From Candidatus Oxydemutator sp. (lineage in GTDB: Bacteria; Pseudomonadota; Gammaproteobacteria; Poriferisulfidales; Oxydemutatoraceae), in NCBI GenBank assembly GCA_965203445.1, contig OZ241883.1, positions 2,314,815-2,378,814 on the forward strand: DNA of 64,000 nucleotides, written 5' to 3'. Below the pieces are notes generated by a model that saw nothing but the letters and a program-made list of their open reading frames with translations, ran no database searches and was not told where the DNA came from. Positions 48,701-51,281 of this stretch are shown here, piece by piece (the first letter of the stretch is position 1; each line of letters starts with the position of its first letter). The position numbers were made by a program, and so were the translations under genes.

Positions 48701-51085
48701 GCGCATCGCGTCCAACTGCCCGACCGTGCGCACGTCTATAAGATCATCGCCGTCGTCGTCGTAACTGACGCCGCCGTCGTCGTCCACTATCGTCACCGTG
48801 AGCGCGCTCTTGTCCGGATCTATAGTCACCCTCTCGGGAGCAGACGCCTGCGAAACAAAGCCCAAATTCACGGTGAACGTCTCCGCACCCTCGGCGACGT
48901 CGTCATTGATCAGAACCACGCTGCCACACGAGCTGTCGACGCTTCTGCCAAAGGGGCCTATCATCACCGTGGCGGAAGACACGTAGTCGTCGCCCGCCAC
49001 GGCGCTGCCGTCCGCCACATTCAACGCCAAACTGAAGTCACTTCTCTCTATCAGCCCGCCAGTGCTCGGATCCGTGATTGCGACGCACACGGAAGCCGAC
49101 GAATCAACGCCCTCGGTCACCGTCAGCGTGGTCTGCTCGAAACCGATTGTGATTCCGTCGTCTTCCGCTATTGTGACCTCCGCCACCGCGGGATTGATGG
49201 TGACTCTTTCCAGCGTCTGGCCCGGGGGCGCGGTCAAGTCCAGAAAAAAGCTCTCAGCGTCTTCACGTATCGCATCGTCCGTGATCTCAACAGCGAAGCA
49301 TTGACGCCGAGTCCTATCCGAGAACGGCCCGACGTCCTGCTGATTGATCGAAGTAAAGTCGTTGGTGCCGGCGGTGCCCGGCCTGGTCGAGAGCTTCATC
49401 CCGATCCGCCGATCCAGAGGCTGCGTACTCAACGGCGTGGTTGCATCCACGCATACAGAATCACCACGAGCGTCCTCATCTATACTATAGGAGGTTCTTG
49501 CAAAACCGACTACAACCGGGTCGTCGTCCTCTATCGTCACCGTCGCCATCTGCGTGGATTCCGAATAACCGGCGCTCACCAGCCGCAACGGGATGGTCTC
49601 CGCTTCCTCCGGTATCGCGTCGTCAATGATGCTTATCGTTACATCGGCCCGCGGGGCGCCCGACGCATTCAACGAAAACACGACCGACGACGTCGACACG
49701 TCGTAATGAAAGAACGTGGCGCCTCCCGGCAGCGTCAGCATCGTGCCGTCGTCCAACGCCGCCACCGTGCCGGTGACCGAAAAATCGCTTATCCTCAGCG
49801 CTTCGTCCGAAAGCCGCACCGTCACCGTGACGACGGCGCCGGAACTTTCCACCGCCGAATACATCGAACTGGTGAAAACCACCGGCGGCCCCGTCAACTC
49901 GGCCGCCACCGCGCCGCGCTGCCGCGCGACCGAAAAACTGCTCGCCTGCAACACCGGATACTGCATCGAAGTGCCGAAGTCCCACGGATCGTCGTTGCCG
50001 TCCACGCCGGTCCTGGTGCTGCCGTCCACGTCTATATTCCAGTTCGCGTAGATGCCGCTGTAGGTCGTCGGCGTCTGCAACGACGCGGTGTCGGTGCCAA
50101 TCGCGCCGCTGCCGGCGCTTTCGGCCAAGCCGCTGGCCTCGGTATCCCAGTAGGAGTCCTTATAGTTGTCGCCGCCGGACATAGTTGTACTCCACCCCAC
50201 CAGACCGCCCGCGTTGGTCGTGCCGGTGACTTGGCCCGCCGCGTAACTGGCTATTATTCTTTCTCTACCCATAGCCGCGTTCCCTCCCAACAAACCGCCC
50301 GCCCCATTGCCACCGCGAACGTCTACTATCGCGTAGCTGGCCTTGATCCTCACGCCAACTGAAAACGCCAGGTACCCCACCAAACCACCTGTGTTAGACG
50401 TGCCGGATACGTCGCCTCCCGTTACGTGGCTGGTTACTACCGTTCCGGTGCTGACGTATCCCACTAACGCGCCAACCCACTGCCGCCCGGTTACGTCCAC
50501 GTCCTCCATACCGACGTTTCTGATGCCCGGAGTGTCTTCCCCGGAGTGATCGGCACTGACCTTGAAGCCGAAGTGGCCGAATAAACCCACGCGATCAGAG
50601 GTTGGGCGATTGATAAACAGGTTTTCAATGACGTGCCCCCTGCCGTCAAAGTCGGCAATATAAGGATCGTCCGCACTGCCTATCGGCTGCCAGCCTGCGC
50701 CGTCGTTCCGATAGAGGTCGTCGCTGCGGGTGCTGGTGCTGCCGGTGTTGAAATCCAGGTTGTTCAACAACTCGTAGCCGTTGCACGAAGACGCGGTGCA
50801 CGTAGTGGCAAAGGCCGCGGCGTAGTTCGCGGCGTTGTCCTGGGAATCCGCGGCGCCGTCGCCGTTCAAATCCCAGCGTATCGCGTTTAATTGTTGCAGC
50901 GTGGTTACGTCAATCAGTCGGGGGTCGTTCTGCGTCTGCGCCGCGAGCGGTTGCGGGGTCAGCACCAGCAGCGACGCGACAAAGAGCGACGTCCAGGCAA
51001 GCGGTTCTGAACGCGCGGAACACCGGCGCACGCCCAGGCCCATACTCCGCTTGTAGAGGAAGGGACAGGTAATAGAAAATGCCAT
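18797..51085 (-). CDS. Giant (~10,760 aa) repetitive secreted adhesin-like protein: 21 GLUG beta-helix modules alternating with Calx-beta domains, conserved CTD
   Basis: Uninterrupted ORF to 51256; probable ATG at 51085 (MAFSITCPFLYKRSMGL) by homology to the paralog N-termini; 21 CxxxCxGYEL motifs counted. Confidence 0.9.
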   Translation of the reverse strand: MAFSITCPFLYKRSMGLGVRRCSARSEPLAWTSLFVASLLVLTPQPLAAQTQNDPRLIDVTTLQQLNAIRWDLNGDGAADSQDNAANYAAAFATTCTASSCNGYELLNNLDFNTGSTSTRSDDLYRNDGAGWQPIGSADDPYIADFDGRGHVIENLFINRPTSDRVGLFGHFGFKVSADHSGEDTPGIRNVGMEDVDVTGRQWVGALVGYVSTGTVVTSHVTGGDVSGTSNTGGLVGYLAFSVGVRIKASYAIVDVRGGNGAGGLLGGNAAMGRERIIASYAAGQVTGTTNAGGLVGWSTTMSGGDNYKDSYWDTEASGLAESAGSGAIGTDTASLQTPTTYSGIYANWNIDVDGSTRTGVDGNDDPWDFGTSMQYPVLQASSFSVARQRGAVAAELTGPPVVFTSSMYSAVESSGAVVTVTVRLSDEALRISDFSVTGTVAALDDGTMLTLPGGATFFHYDVSTSSVVFSLNASGAPRADVTISIIDDAIPEEAETIPLRLVSAGYSESTQMATVTIEDDDPVVVGFARTSYSIDEDARGDSVCVDATTPLSTQPLDRRIGMKLSTRPGTAGTNDFTSINQQDVGPFSDRTRRQCFAVEITDDAIREDAESFFLDLTAPPGQTLERVTINPAVAEVTIAEDDGITIGFEQTTLTVTEGVDSSASVCVAITDPSTGGLIERSDFSLALNVADGSAVAGDDYVSSATVMIGPFGRSVDSSCGSVVLINDDVAEGAETFTVNLGFVSQASAPERVTIDPDKSALTVTIVDDDGGVSYDDDGDDLIDVRTVGQLDAMRWDLDGDGMPDDQARVTSYTAAFPSARPNMGCATTCRGYELWNDVDLSSVGNWTPIGGGYSPASPAWTGSWNQYPTSIRYEGVFEGNGHVIRNMKITRDSGNRYDYVSLFGTLGNTGVIRSVGMENVNVNAPDSEGVAALVGVSYGKIAASYAVSGTVSGSWDVGGLVGEMKGGIVIASYSDVAVHGVGQRAGGLIGTGEGSSVVNASYTVGKPTGGGSHRGGLIGHRGSAVKIQSSYFDSERSGESSCCGGTTAPSPDETPQTPAKLRAPIAADGIYAGWDRLNVDDTTGTVMGVLTLNDDSPWDFGSSLQYPVLHGQGERYPAGNTTATRVQRQRQPPVLATLSQRGRRVVVEGFAATYAVELGSRAAEPVTMSWSVELTGGVAGHADAADFDGATSGEVVLVNTDSVVFRVEIAGDAAMEPRETFRVRLSNLQGPDNLYLSTVSSAVVSTIPSNGGMDYDANDDGLIEVRTTTQLEAIRHDLRGEGRFGVDDEDLADYDLAFPSFDESATCLNTCRGYELSNDIDLSSVPNWAEKQIGGGYAQALSVWDGWNMQPESLRYNAVFEGRGHVIRNMNLTRSGARSDYVGLFGILGADGVIRSVGMENVNVSAPNSVGVGALVGYNFGKIAASYVAGGSVSGSWAVGGLVGEMSGGIVIAGYSNVRVHGAGERAGGLIGSDTGNSVVSASYTIGKPTGGGPDRGGLIGYRTSMEIQSSYFDLERSEESSCCGHNPPSPDETPQTTVQLRSPTAADGIYAGWDRLNVDDTSSTVMGVLTLNDDSPWDFGSPFQYPVLHGQSERFPAGNTTAIRAQHQRQPLVLATLSQRGDEVITEGSAVTYAVELRNGVADVVTVSWSVELTGDGDGHADAADFDGATSGEVVLVNTGSAVFRVEIAGDEAMEPRETFRVRLSDLPSLGGLRLSTVSSAVVSTIASNGGMDYDANDDGLIEVRTTTQLAAIRYDLRGEGRLGVGDGDLADYDRAFPSFDESATCLNTCKGYELLNEIDLPSDENWEPIGGGARTGFSNDVLPEEHRYNAVFEGNGYVIRNMKMVYGNEHTASRYDFVGLFRALGGDGVIRNVGLANVNVSVSRNSIQTGALAAANYGGKVAACYVAGGSVKGAWGVGGLVNSNVGGTIIASYADVTVWFPGSEAGGLVGGNASGGKIIASYSLGNVGLTGANWPISEPRHIGGLVGNNTAASDLIENSYFDTDSSGLSSGGTNVSATTVKTTRELRSPVTAEGIYAAWGGLNVDDTTGTVMGMETLNDDNPWDFRTNLDYPVLRGISARYPNGNTTGVLAQRTAADVLVTLSQDEGRKLEGEAAEYAVTLGAYGAGAVTMSWSVELTGTGLGHADALDFDGATSGEVVLVGTDSAVFRITIRDDDASETTETFRVRLSNPRGLGGLRLSAASSAVVSVIERSDEIDYDTDGDTLIEVATPLQLSAIRHDLGGAGLTGVGSANVLAYLAAFPSFDQRRTCPTTCTGYELSNDLDLSGISNWKPIGGGLTQAPWGTPPPDRRYQAVFEGNGHVISNVTIRSANNAADRFDNVGFFGAVGVTGRIRNVGLNNVHTDMAGSSLGAGALVGYNAGKVAACYVVGDVRQVRGGWSLGALVGRLDGGVVIASYADVRVHQWPPGRNVGGLIGAVENGGIVSASYAISRLSRLHGLQGSPSGGLVGDYISGTIQTSYFDEGRSGQSACCGSNKPTPDNAPRTSSQLRAPTMAAGTIYEGWDRLNVDDTSSTVMGVLTLNDDSPWDFGTGFDYPVLRGVSARYPRGNTTATRAQRRGQPPVLATLSQRGRKVVVEGFAATYAVELDGHSDDVVTMSWSVELTGDGDGHADAADFDGATSGEVVLAGTDSAVFGVAIAGDAMDEPRETFRVRLSNLQGPDNLRLSTVSPAVVSTIASSEGMDYDVDGDGLIEVRTTTQLAAIHHDLRGEGKIGVDDEDLADYDLAFPSFDESATCPNTCKGYELLNDIDLSSVQNWTPIGGGYSPASPAWTGSWNQYPTSIRYEGVFEGNGHVIRNMKITRDSGNRYDYVSLFGTLGNTGVIRSVGMENVNVNAPDSEGVAALVGVSYGKIAASYAVSGTVSGSWDVGGLVGEMKGGIVIACYSDVAVHGVGQRAGGLIGTGTGDSIVSASYTVGKPTGGGSHRGGLIGHRESTVKIQSSYFDSERSGESSCCGGTTAPSPDETPRTSVQLRAPTMADGIYAGWDKLDVDGVDQGGDDDLNDDGPWDFGTSFDYPVLRGVSARYPDGNTTAIRVQRRGQPPVLATLSQRTIGAIAEGSAAEYVVELDSHGASPVTLSWSVELTGDGDGHADAADFPATAGTITLVDTDSVVFRVAIAGDEAEEPRETFRVRLSNVQGADNLRVSTVSSAVVSTIASSGGMDYDANDDGLIEVRTTTQLAAIHYDLRGEGRLGVDDEDLADYDLAFPSFDESATCPNTCKGYELLNDVDLSSVRNWTPIGGGITQGSPGWSSWQQRPLHISYGAVFEGNGHVIRNMRIRRDGERDDYMGLFSILSSTGVIRNVGMEGVNVSAPPSVWVGALAGYNFGKIAASYAVNGSVRGFWATGGLVGGVGGGIVIASYSAVSAHGVANAQRVGGLIGNDDGGGSIVSASYTIGVPSGGDPHRGGLVGYRQLFQEQPSLVIPLEIQSSYFDGERSGESSCCGHNPPSTDRDTRKTSAELRTPIAADDFYTGWDKLDVDGVDQNGDDDLNDDSPWDFGTGFDYPVLRGVSARYLDGNTTATRVQRRGQPPVLATLSQRTIGATPEGSAVEYAVELDGRGADPVTLSWSVELTGVGAGHADAADFTEATRGTVTLVNTDSAVFRITVGDDDVSEVPETFRVRLSNVQGPDNLRLSDASSSVVSSIAFGGTNYDADGDNLIEVATTSQLSAIRYDLGGVGLAGVSSANEADYLAAFDLFDEAKTCPSTCTGYELSNDLDLSDADWTPIGGATRRSRVGPDNSNTPPLDGRYQGGFEGNGHVIRNMRVRSPSQNWHYVGLFGALGEAGWVRGVGLRDVVVDVRGGYSGSIGAGALVGHSYGRVAASYVSGGSVSGGWEVGGLTGANGGTLIASYADVSVAATDRSLGGLVGSLSGSGVVSASYSVSRVVRSTNSRTVGGLVGGRSGSSVLSASYFDSGRSGEERCCGERWPSPDDAPKTSNDLRTPTTAAGTIYEGWDRLNVDDTSSTVMGVLTLNDDSPWDFGTVFDYPVLVFGGSAGTRMARRTSQQQAQPAVTLTPTLGGSVTVSRGGIASYVVSLPGALPPGASAHWDWSVGGDEVGDDDFVGTTAGSVVIGSGALSASFSLRVRDDDVTESSKVMVVTLSNAEITGAPARVSLSVPVSSVMTTIEASGMMDYDVDDDTLIEVATTSQLAAIRHDLGGVGLAGVSGDANRAAYLAAFPSFGRRQTCPSTCTGYELSADLDLSSVEPHPGPGWTPLGGGVEVQDFPGDYYTAVFEGNGHVISNLRVNRDEEWYQVGLFGAVSASGTIRNVGLRNARVEVAASGPGQSPFVGALVGDNRGKVAASYVSGGRISSGYAVGGLIGINSGRVVASYADVAVYAFSTVGGLVGQAAGPASVVSASYSVGRVTGIFPPIGGLIGSGFRTSVVESSYFDKERGVQSDCCGSKASHQLRTPTTAAGTIYAGWDKLNVDDVDQGRDGDLNDDSPWDFGSAFDYPVLVFGGATETRAARRISQQETLALLVPTLAGSETVSEGGTASYVVRLPVVLPPGASARWDWAVGGGEVGIADFVGAITGTVVVGSGASSASFSLRVRDDAAPESSEVLVVTLTGARLTGAPAHVGLGVPAASVRTIIEASSGTDYDDDADGLIDVETTSQLAAIRYDLGGAGLAGVSDANRDDYLAAFPFFDERLTCPSTCTGYELSADLDLSGVEPAPGPGWTPLGGGIPRDDSPVDYYTAVFEGNGHVISNLRMARSGQWYHMGLFGAVGADGRIRNVGLRNARVDLGSDGNHIGALVGTNEGEVAASYVSGGRISGELYVGGLIGNHNGRLVASYADVEVHADASNAGGLVGVAGFASVVSASYSVGKTTGGSLPSGGLIGNMPVGAVVESSYFDAGRSGQDRCCGFNAPDPDRTSKTSSELRTPTTAAGTIYAGWDKLNVDGVDQGDDRDYNDDSPWDFGSVFDYPVLVFGGATETRAARRLSQQRALALLVPTLAGSETVSEGGTASYVVRLPMVLPPGVSASWDWAVGGGEVGAADFVGATTGNVAIASGAVSASFSVRVRDDDEPELSEVLVVALTGARLTGAPAHVSLGVPVSVRTTIEAGGEIDYDFDNDTLIDVETTSQLAAIRYDLGGAGLAGVSDANRDDYLAAFPVFGVEQTCPSTCTGYELSADLDLSSVEPAPGPGWTPIGGGGDALLDDDYYTAVFEGNGHVISNMRVVRADGRLSHTGLFGAVSAVGTIRNVGLRNAWVSVVAHSTYIGALVGRNEGQVVASYVSGGRISGVWAVGGLIGGNFGRLVASYANVEVHTAEGANVGGLVGEAGGASVMSASYSVGKLTGATAGGLIGQRLAGAVVESSYFDTGRSLQTSCCGTAPGDTDNVAPKTSNQLRAPTTAAGTIYAGWDKLDVDGVDQGGDDDLNDDSPWDFGSVFDYPVLVFGGATDTEAARRTLQQEAQPEISLAVTFTGSATVSEGGTASYVVRLPMALPPGVSARWDWSVSGGEVGIADFVGATTGNVAIASGAVSASFSVRVRDDDEPELSEVLVVTLTGARLTGAPAHVSLGVPASVRTTIEASGAIDYDFDNDTLIEVATTSQLAAIRHDLGGVGLAGVVGKANRDDYLAAFPAFGMEQTCPTTCTGYELSADLDLSSVEPAPGPGWTPIGGGVNALLDDDYYTAVFEGNGHVISNMRVARDGRFSHTGLFGAVSATGTIRNVGLRNARVSVDADHSTFIGALVGLNRGEVVASYVSGGRISGVWGVGGLIGVNYGRLVACYADVEVHAGGGTVGGLVGEVRAPSVVNASYSVGKPTGNDAVGGLMGQFVGGVVESSYFDVERSLQASCCGTDPQNLDNVAPRMSSELHVPTTTAGTIYAGWDKLDVDGVDQGDDGDLNDDSPWDFGSVFDYPVLVFGGATDTEAARRTSQQETQPEVSLAVTFAGSAAVSEGGTASYVVSLPGALPAGVSASWSWAVGGGEVGADDFVGTTAGSVVIASGAVSASFSLRVRDDLVTELAEVMVVTLTGAKITGAPARVSLGVPVSVRTTIEASGKIDYDVDDDNLIEVTTMSQLSAIRYDLGGVGLAGVGSANEADYLAAFPLYDVVQTCPSTCTGYELSADLDLPSGQNWDPIGDDANRYQAVFEGNGHVISNMEIRAPDNGNYHYRGLFGSLGAGGTIRNVGLSDVHIELRGDSFQTGALAGASRGKIAASYVAGGLINGVWRVGGLVGTLYTNATMIASYTDVEVRARNEENDGSAAGGLIGTAESGSIVSASYAIGRTTAVGDEDGGLIGERDSQARIQKSYFDTGRSGQSDCCGQNTRQSDSGTGRTSAQLRAPTMADGIYAGWDKLNVDGVDQNGDDDLNDDSPWDFGTGFDYPVLRGVSARYPDGNTTAIRAQRRGQPPVLATLSQRTSGTTPEGSAVEYAVELDGRGAIPVTLSWSVELTGVGAGHADAADFTEVTRGTVTLVNTDSAVFRITVGDDDESEVPETFRVRLSNPRGLERLRLSDASSSVVSSIAFGGTNYDADGDNLIDVATTSQLSAMRYDLGGVGLAGVSSANEADYLAAFDLFDEAKTCPSTCTGYELSADLDLSDADWTPIGGATRQSRVGPDNSNTPPLDGRYQGGFEGNGHVIRNMRIRSPSQNWHYVGLFGALGEAGWVRGVGLRDVVVDVQRGYSGSIGAGALVGYSYGRVAASYVSGGSVSGGWAVGGLTGVNDGTLIASYADVSVAATDRSLGGLVGSLSGSGVVSASYSVSRVVRSTNSRTVGGLVGSRSGSSVLSVSYFDSGRSGEERCCGERWPSPDDAPKTSAELRTPTTAAGTIYEGWDRLNVDRVDQSGDGDYNDDSPWDFGTSFDYPVLRGVSARYPDGNTTAIRAQRRGQPLVLVTLSQRTSGAIAEGSAVEYAVELDGRGAIPVTMSWSVELSGVGPGHAEAADFSGVTRGQVVLINTDSAVLEVQIIEDGTPERAERFRVRLSNLLAPDNLRLSAPGSAVVSVIASHGMNYDLDGNNLIDVRTTTQLSAIRYDLRGAGLAGVDGGDLATAAYQEAFPFFDEDETCPDGCRGYELLNDVDLSSVASGTNWEPIGDDTNRYQAVFEGNGHVISNMEIRAPDNDDYHYRGLFGFLGAGGTIRNVGLSDVHMELRGASSQTGALAGASRGRIAASYVVGGLVNGVWRVGGLVGTLHTSATMIASYTDVEVRARNENDQGNSAGGLIGVAESGSIVSASYAIGRTTAVGDQDGGLIGERDSQARIQKSYFDSERSGESSCCGGTTAPSPDETPRTSVQLRAPTAAAGTIYAGWDKLNVDGVDQSGDDDLNDDSPWDFGTGFDYPVLRGVSALYPGGNTTATRVQRQSQPPVLVALSQRGDEVTAEGSAAEYAVELDGHSDDVVTMSWSVELTGVGDGHADATDFPTTMGTITLVDTDSAVFRVAIAGDEALEPRETFRVRLSNVQGADNLHLSTVSSAVVSTIASSGGMDYDANDDGLIEVRTTTQLSAIRYDLRGGGRLGVGDGDLPDYDLAFPSFDESATCPNTCKGYELLNDMDLSSVQNWTPIGGGYSPASPAWTGLWNAFPESIRYEGVFEGNGRVVRNMRISRASRYDYVGLFGTLGSAGVIRSVGMVGVSVDVPPGSGSGGAAALAGVSYGKIAASYAVSGTVSGSWAVGGLIGEIIGGTVIAGYSDVAVHGGGVRAGGLIGSGTGDSIVSASYTVGIPTGGGSHRGGLIGHRESTVKIQSSYFDSERSGESSCCGGTTAPSPDETPRTSVQLRTPTMADGIYAGWDKLDVDGVDQGGDDDLNDDGPWDFGTSFDYPVLRGVSARYPDGNTTAARVQRRGQPPVLATLSQRTIGAIAEGSAAEYVVELDSHGASPVTLSWSVELTGDGGGHADAADFPATAGTITLVDTDSVVFRVAIAGDAALEPRETFRVRLSNVQGADNLRVSTVSSAVVSTIASSGGMDYDANDDGLIEVRTTTQLAAIHYDLRGEGRLGVDDEDLADYDLAFPSFDESATCPNTCKGYELLNDVDLSSVRNWTPIGGGITQGSPGWSSWQQRPLHISYSAVFEGNGHVIRNMRIRRDGERDDYMGLFSILSSTGAIRNVGMEGVNVNASPSVWVGALAGYNFGKIAASYAVNGSVRGFWATGGLVGGVGGGIVIASYSAVSAHGVANAQRVGGLIGNDDGGGSIVSASYTIGVPSGGDPHRGGLLGYRQLFQEQPSLVIPLEIQSSYYDGERSGESSCCGHNPPSTDRDTRKTSAELRTPIAADDFYTGWDKLDVDGVDQNGDDDLNDDSPWDFGTSFDYPVLRGVSARYLDGNTTAIRAQRRGQPPVFATLSQRTTGTIAEDSAMEYVVALDGHGATPVTLSWSVELTGDGDGHADALDFDGATSGEVVLVNTDSAVFRVAIAGDEALEPRETFRVRLSNLQGPDSLRLSTVSSAVVSTIASSGGMDYDANDDGLIEVRTTTQLAAIRYDLRGEGRLGVGGEDLADYDLAFPSFDESATCPGTCKGYELLNDVDLSGMAWEPIGGGARGLSGKVLPEEHRYNAVFEGNGYVIGNMEVLARNDIWHFVGLFRALGAGGVIRNVGLANVNVEVHISSTLTGALAGANYGGKVAASYVAGGTVRGGLGVGGLVAGNGGTIIASYTDVTVDAGNSRVGGLVGENYSGGKIIASYSSGRVRRTLPRLSVTPYLGGLVGENRAASTAIESSYFDGDRSGLSSGGTNVPSSSLRTSRELRSPTAATGIYAAWAGLNVDDTTGTVMGVLTLDDDNPWDFGTGFDYPVLRGVSVRYLGGNTTATRVQRRGQPPVFVTLSQRGDEVTAEGSTATYAVELGGGAADVVTMSWSVELTGVGDGHADAADFPATTGTITLVDTDSAVFGVAIAGDAMEEPRETFRVRLSNLQGADNLRLSTVSSAVVSTIASSGGTDYDANNDGLIEVRTTAQLAAIRYDLRGGGRLGVGDGDLPDYDVAFPSFDESATCPNTCKGYELLNDVDLSSVRNWTPIGGGITQAGEGAPANTRYEAVFEGNGHVISSMTITRSGATGYYHVGLFGALGAFGMIRSVGLVDVNVNISATDSVNTGGLVGTGYGTIAASYVVGKSAREAAPVRGYSVVGGLVGRMIGGVVIASYTDVPVIAQTAAGGLVGAMNDASIVSASYAIGRVSVQRSNGRIGGLVGERAGNTDEIQASYFDSGRSGQSSCCGHNPPSLDETPRTSEDLRTPIAADGIYTGWDELDVDGLHDDAPWDFGTSFDYPVLRGASARYPDGNSTSIRVQQRRQTPVLATLSQRTVEAIAEGSAAEYAVELDDHGATPVTLSWSVELTGVGAEHADAADFAGATSGEVVLAGTDSAVFSVTIEDDDVSEPRETFRVRLSNPRGLDRLRLSVASSAVVGTIERSDGIDYDDDGDNLIEVATTSQLSAIRYDLDGDGMPDEQAYVTTYTAAFPRAELNMGCAATCKGYELSNNLDLSSVENWTPIGGGYSPASPAWTGSWNQYPTSIRYEGVFEGNGHVIRNMKITRDSGNRYDYVSLFGTLGNTGVIRSVGMENVNVNAPDSEGVAALVGVSYGKIAASYAVSGTVSGSWDVGGLVGEMKGGIVIACYSDVAVHGVGQRAGGLIGTGEGSSVVNASYTVGKPTGGGSHRGGLIGHRGSAVKIQSSYFDSERSGESSCCGGTTAPSPDETPQTPAKLRAPIAADGIYAGWDRLNVDDTTGTVMSVETLNDDSPWDFGSSLQYPVLHGQGERYPAGNTTAIRVQRQRQPPVLATLSQRGRRVVVEGFAATYAVELGSRAAEPVTMSWTVELTGDGDGHADAFDFDGATSGEVVLAGTDSVVFGVAIAGDAAPEPRETFRVRLSNLQGPDGLRLSTVSSAVVSTIASSEGMDYDVDGDGLIEVRTTTQLEAIRHDLRGEGRLGVDDGDLADYDLAFPSFDESATCPNTCKGYELLNDIDLSSVPNWAEKQIGGGYAQALSVWNGWNMQPESLRYNAVFEGHGHVIRNMNLTRSGARSDYVGLFGILGADGVIRSVGMKNVNVSAPDSVGVGALVGYNFGKIAASYVAGGSVSGSWAVGGLVGEMNGGIVIAGYSNVRVHGAGERAGGLIGSDTGNSVVSASYTIGKPTGGGPHRGGLIGYRTSMEIQSSYFDLERSEESSCCGGTTAPSPDNSPKTSYDLHIPTMADGIYAGWDKLNVDDTTGTVMGIETLNDDNPWDFGTAFDYPVLKGVSDFFPSGNTTEIRAQRESQPAVKAAFAGSAMVSEGARARYTVSLPGALPSGVTASWNWNVDTSGGTSELDDIDGANNGNVSITAGNSSQSFQVAIKDDDGAELAETFSVELTNAMLSGAAGTLRLSTEALEAMTTIAANEFDQVTVAAAPAVVAEGATATFTVSLSGGANWAVTVEYELTTASEGLTSADLGGVLEIDRGGSAGVSVNALPVTGSITLGEDGTARVQVSVVADEVEKENSERFRLRLTNCPNCGSDHPAEIGEPKFAEVGIRSERGLVVAAGVYLEGAYRVADGDMGTFLNRALPRVQPYSVRPWNHAATTTVPRIEGVANANGMPSNVVDWMLLELRVVNTGFAPSAADPDSVPVGGVKAGLILSDGSIVGVNENATTTTDVLARQGVRFDAEIEPNKDVYLLLQHRNHLPILSARPLSTDCGDSSANYCIDYREVGASTDLYNGSCPMFRNNDRLFMITGDVNADGTIVSADADFANEALRLAAVLQLQATNNPASFRILRFRGTEFYMPSANVSLDEFLVSSDFERVVRQLRRPSGSLTRGRICRSSGR
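20698..22760. repeat. Long intragenic direct repeat (modules A-B); partner at ~46516-48578
   Basis: Near-identical sequence and shadow ORFs at offset 25818. Confidence 0.85.
26150..28050. repeat. Intragenic direct repeat (end of module A plus module E); partner at ~40412-42312
   Basis: Near-identical sequence at offset 14262. Confidence 0.85.
30660..31910. repeat. Intragenic direct repeat (module F plus Calx-beta); partner at ~39150-40400
   Basis: Near-identical sequence at offset 8487. Confidence 0.85.
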
Positions 51086-51219
51086 CCTGCTACAGTAGTA
51101 AATCAAAGTGGTTCGGGCTGATCCAGCCCTTGTCCCGTCATAATAACACGGCGAACACACAGTATACTTCGGGAACACCCATAGGGGCGTTCCCTTACCG
51201 ATGTATAAGGCCGCAACGG

Positions 51220-51249
51220 CCCTCACCCCGACCCTCTCCCCGAGGGAGA
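51220..51249. repeat. REP/BoxC-like palindromic element
   Basis: CCCTCACCCCGACCCTCTCCC-CGA-GGGAGA resembles the widespread CCCTCACCCNRNCCCTCTCCC..GGGAGAGGG repeat; downstream of moaA. Confidence 0.55.
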
Positions 51250-51281
51250 ACGTCAAATTGGCAGGATGTCGCGCGGTGCGA

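Noticed and set aside
5944-51056. Many long plus-strand ORFs (e.g. 5976-8072, 43187-45055, 48023-50362)
   Set aside because: Antisense shadows of high-GC repetitive genes; Arg/His-rich with no motifs, and they repeat only because the sense gene repeats
18797-51085. CRISPR array or diversity-generating retroelement as the source of the repeats
   Set aside because: Repeats are ~1.4-kb in-frame coding units; no cas or reverse transcriptase gene; differences between copies are not visibly adenine-specific
5550-51085. RTX/T1SS adhesin, autotransporter or M26 protease annotation
   Set aside because: No GGxGxDxL nonapeptides, C-terminal beta-barrel or HExxH motif recognised; N-terminal signal peptides present
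51086-51256. Extended N-terminus of the giant ORF
   Set aside because: Overlaps a REP-like element; homology to the paralogs and the signal peptide begin near 51085
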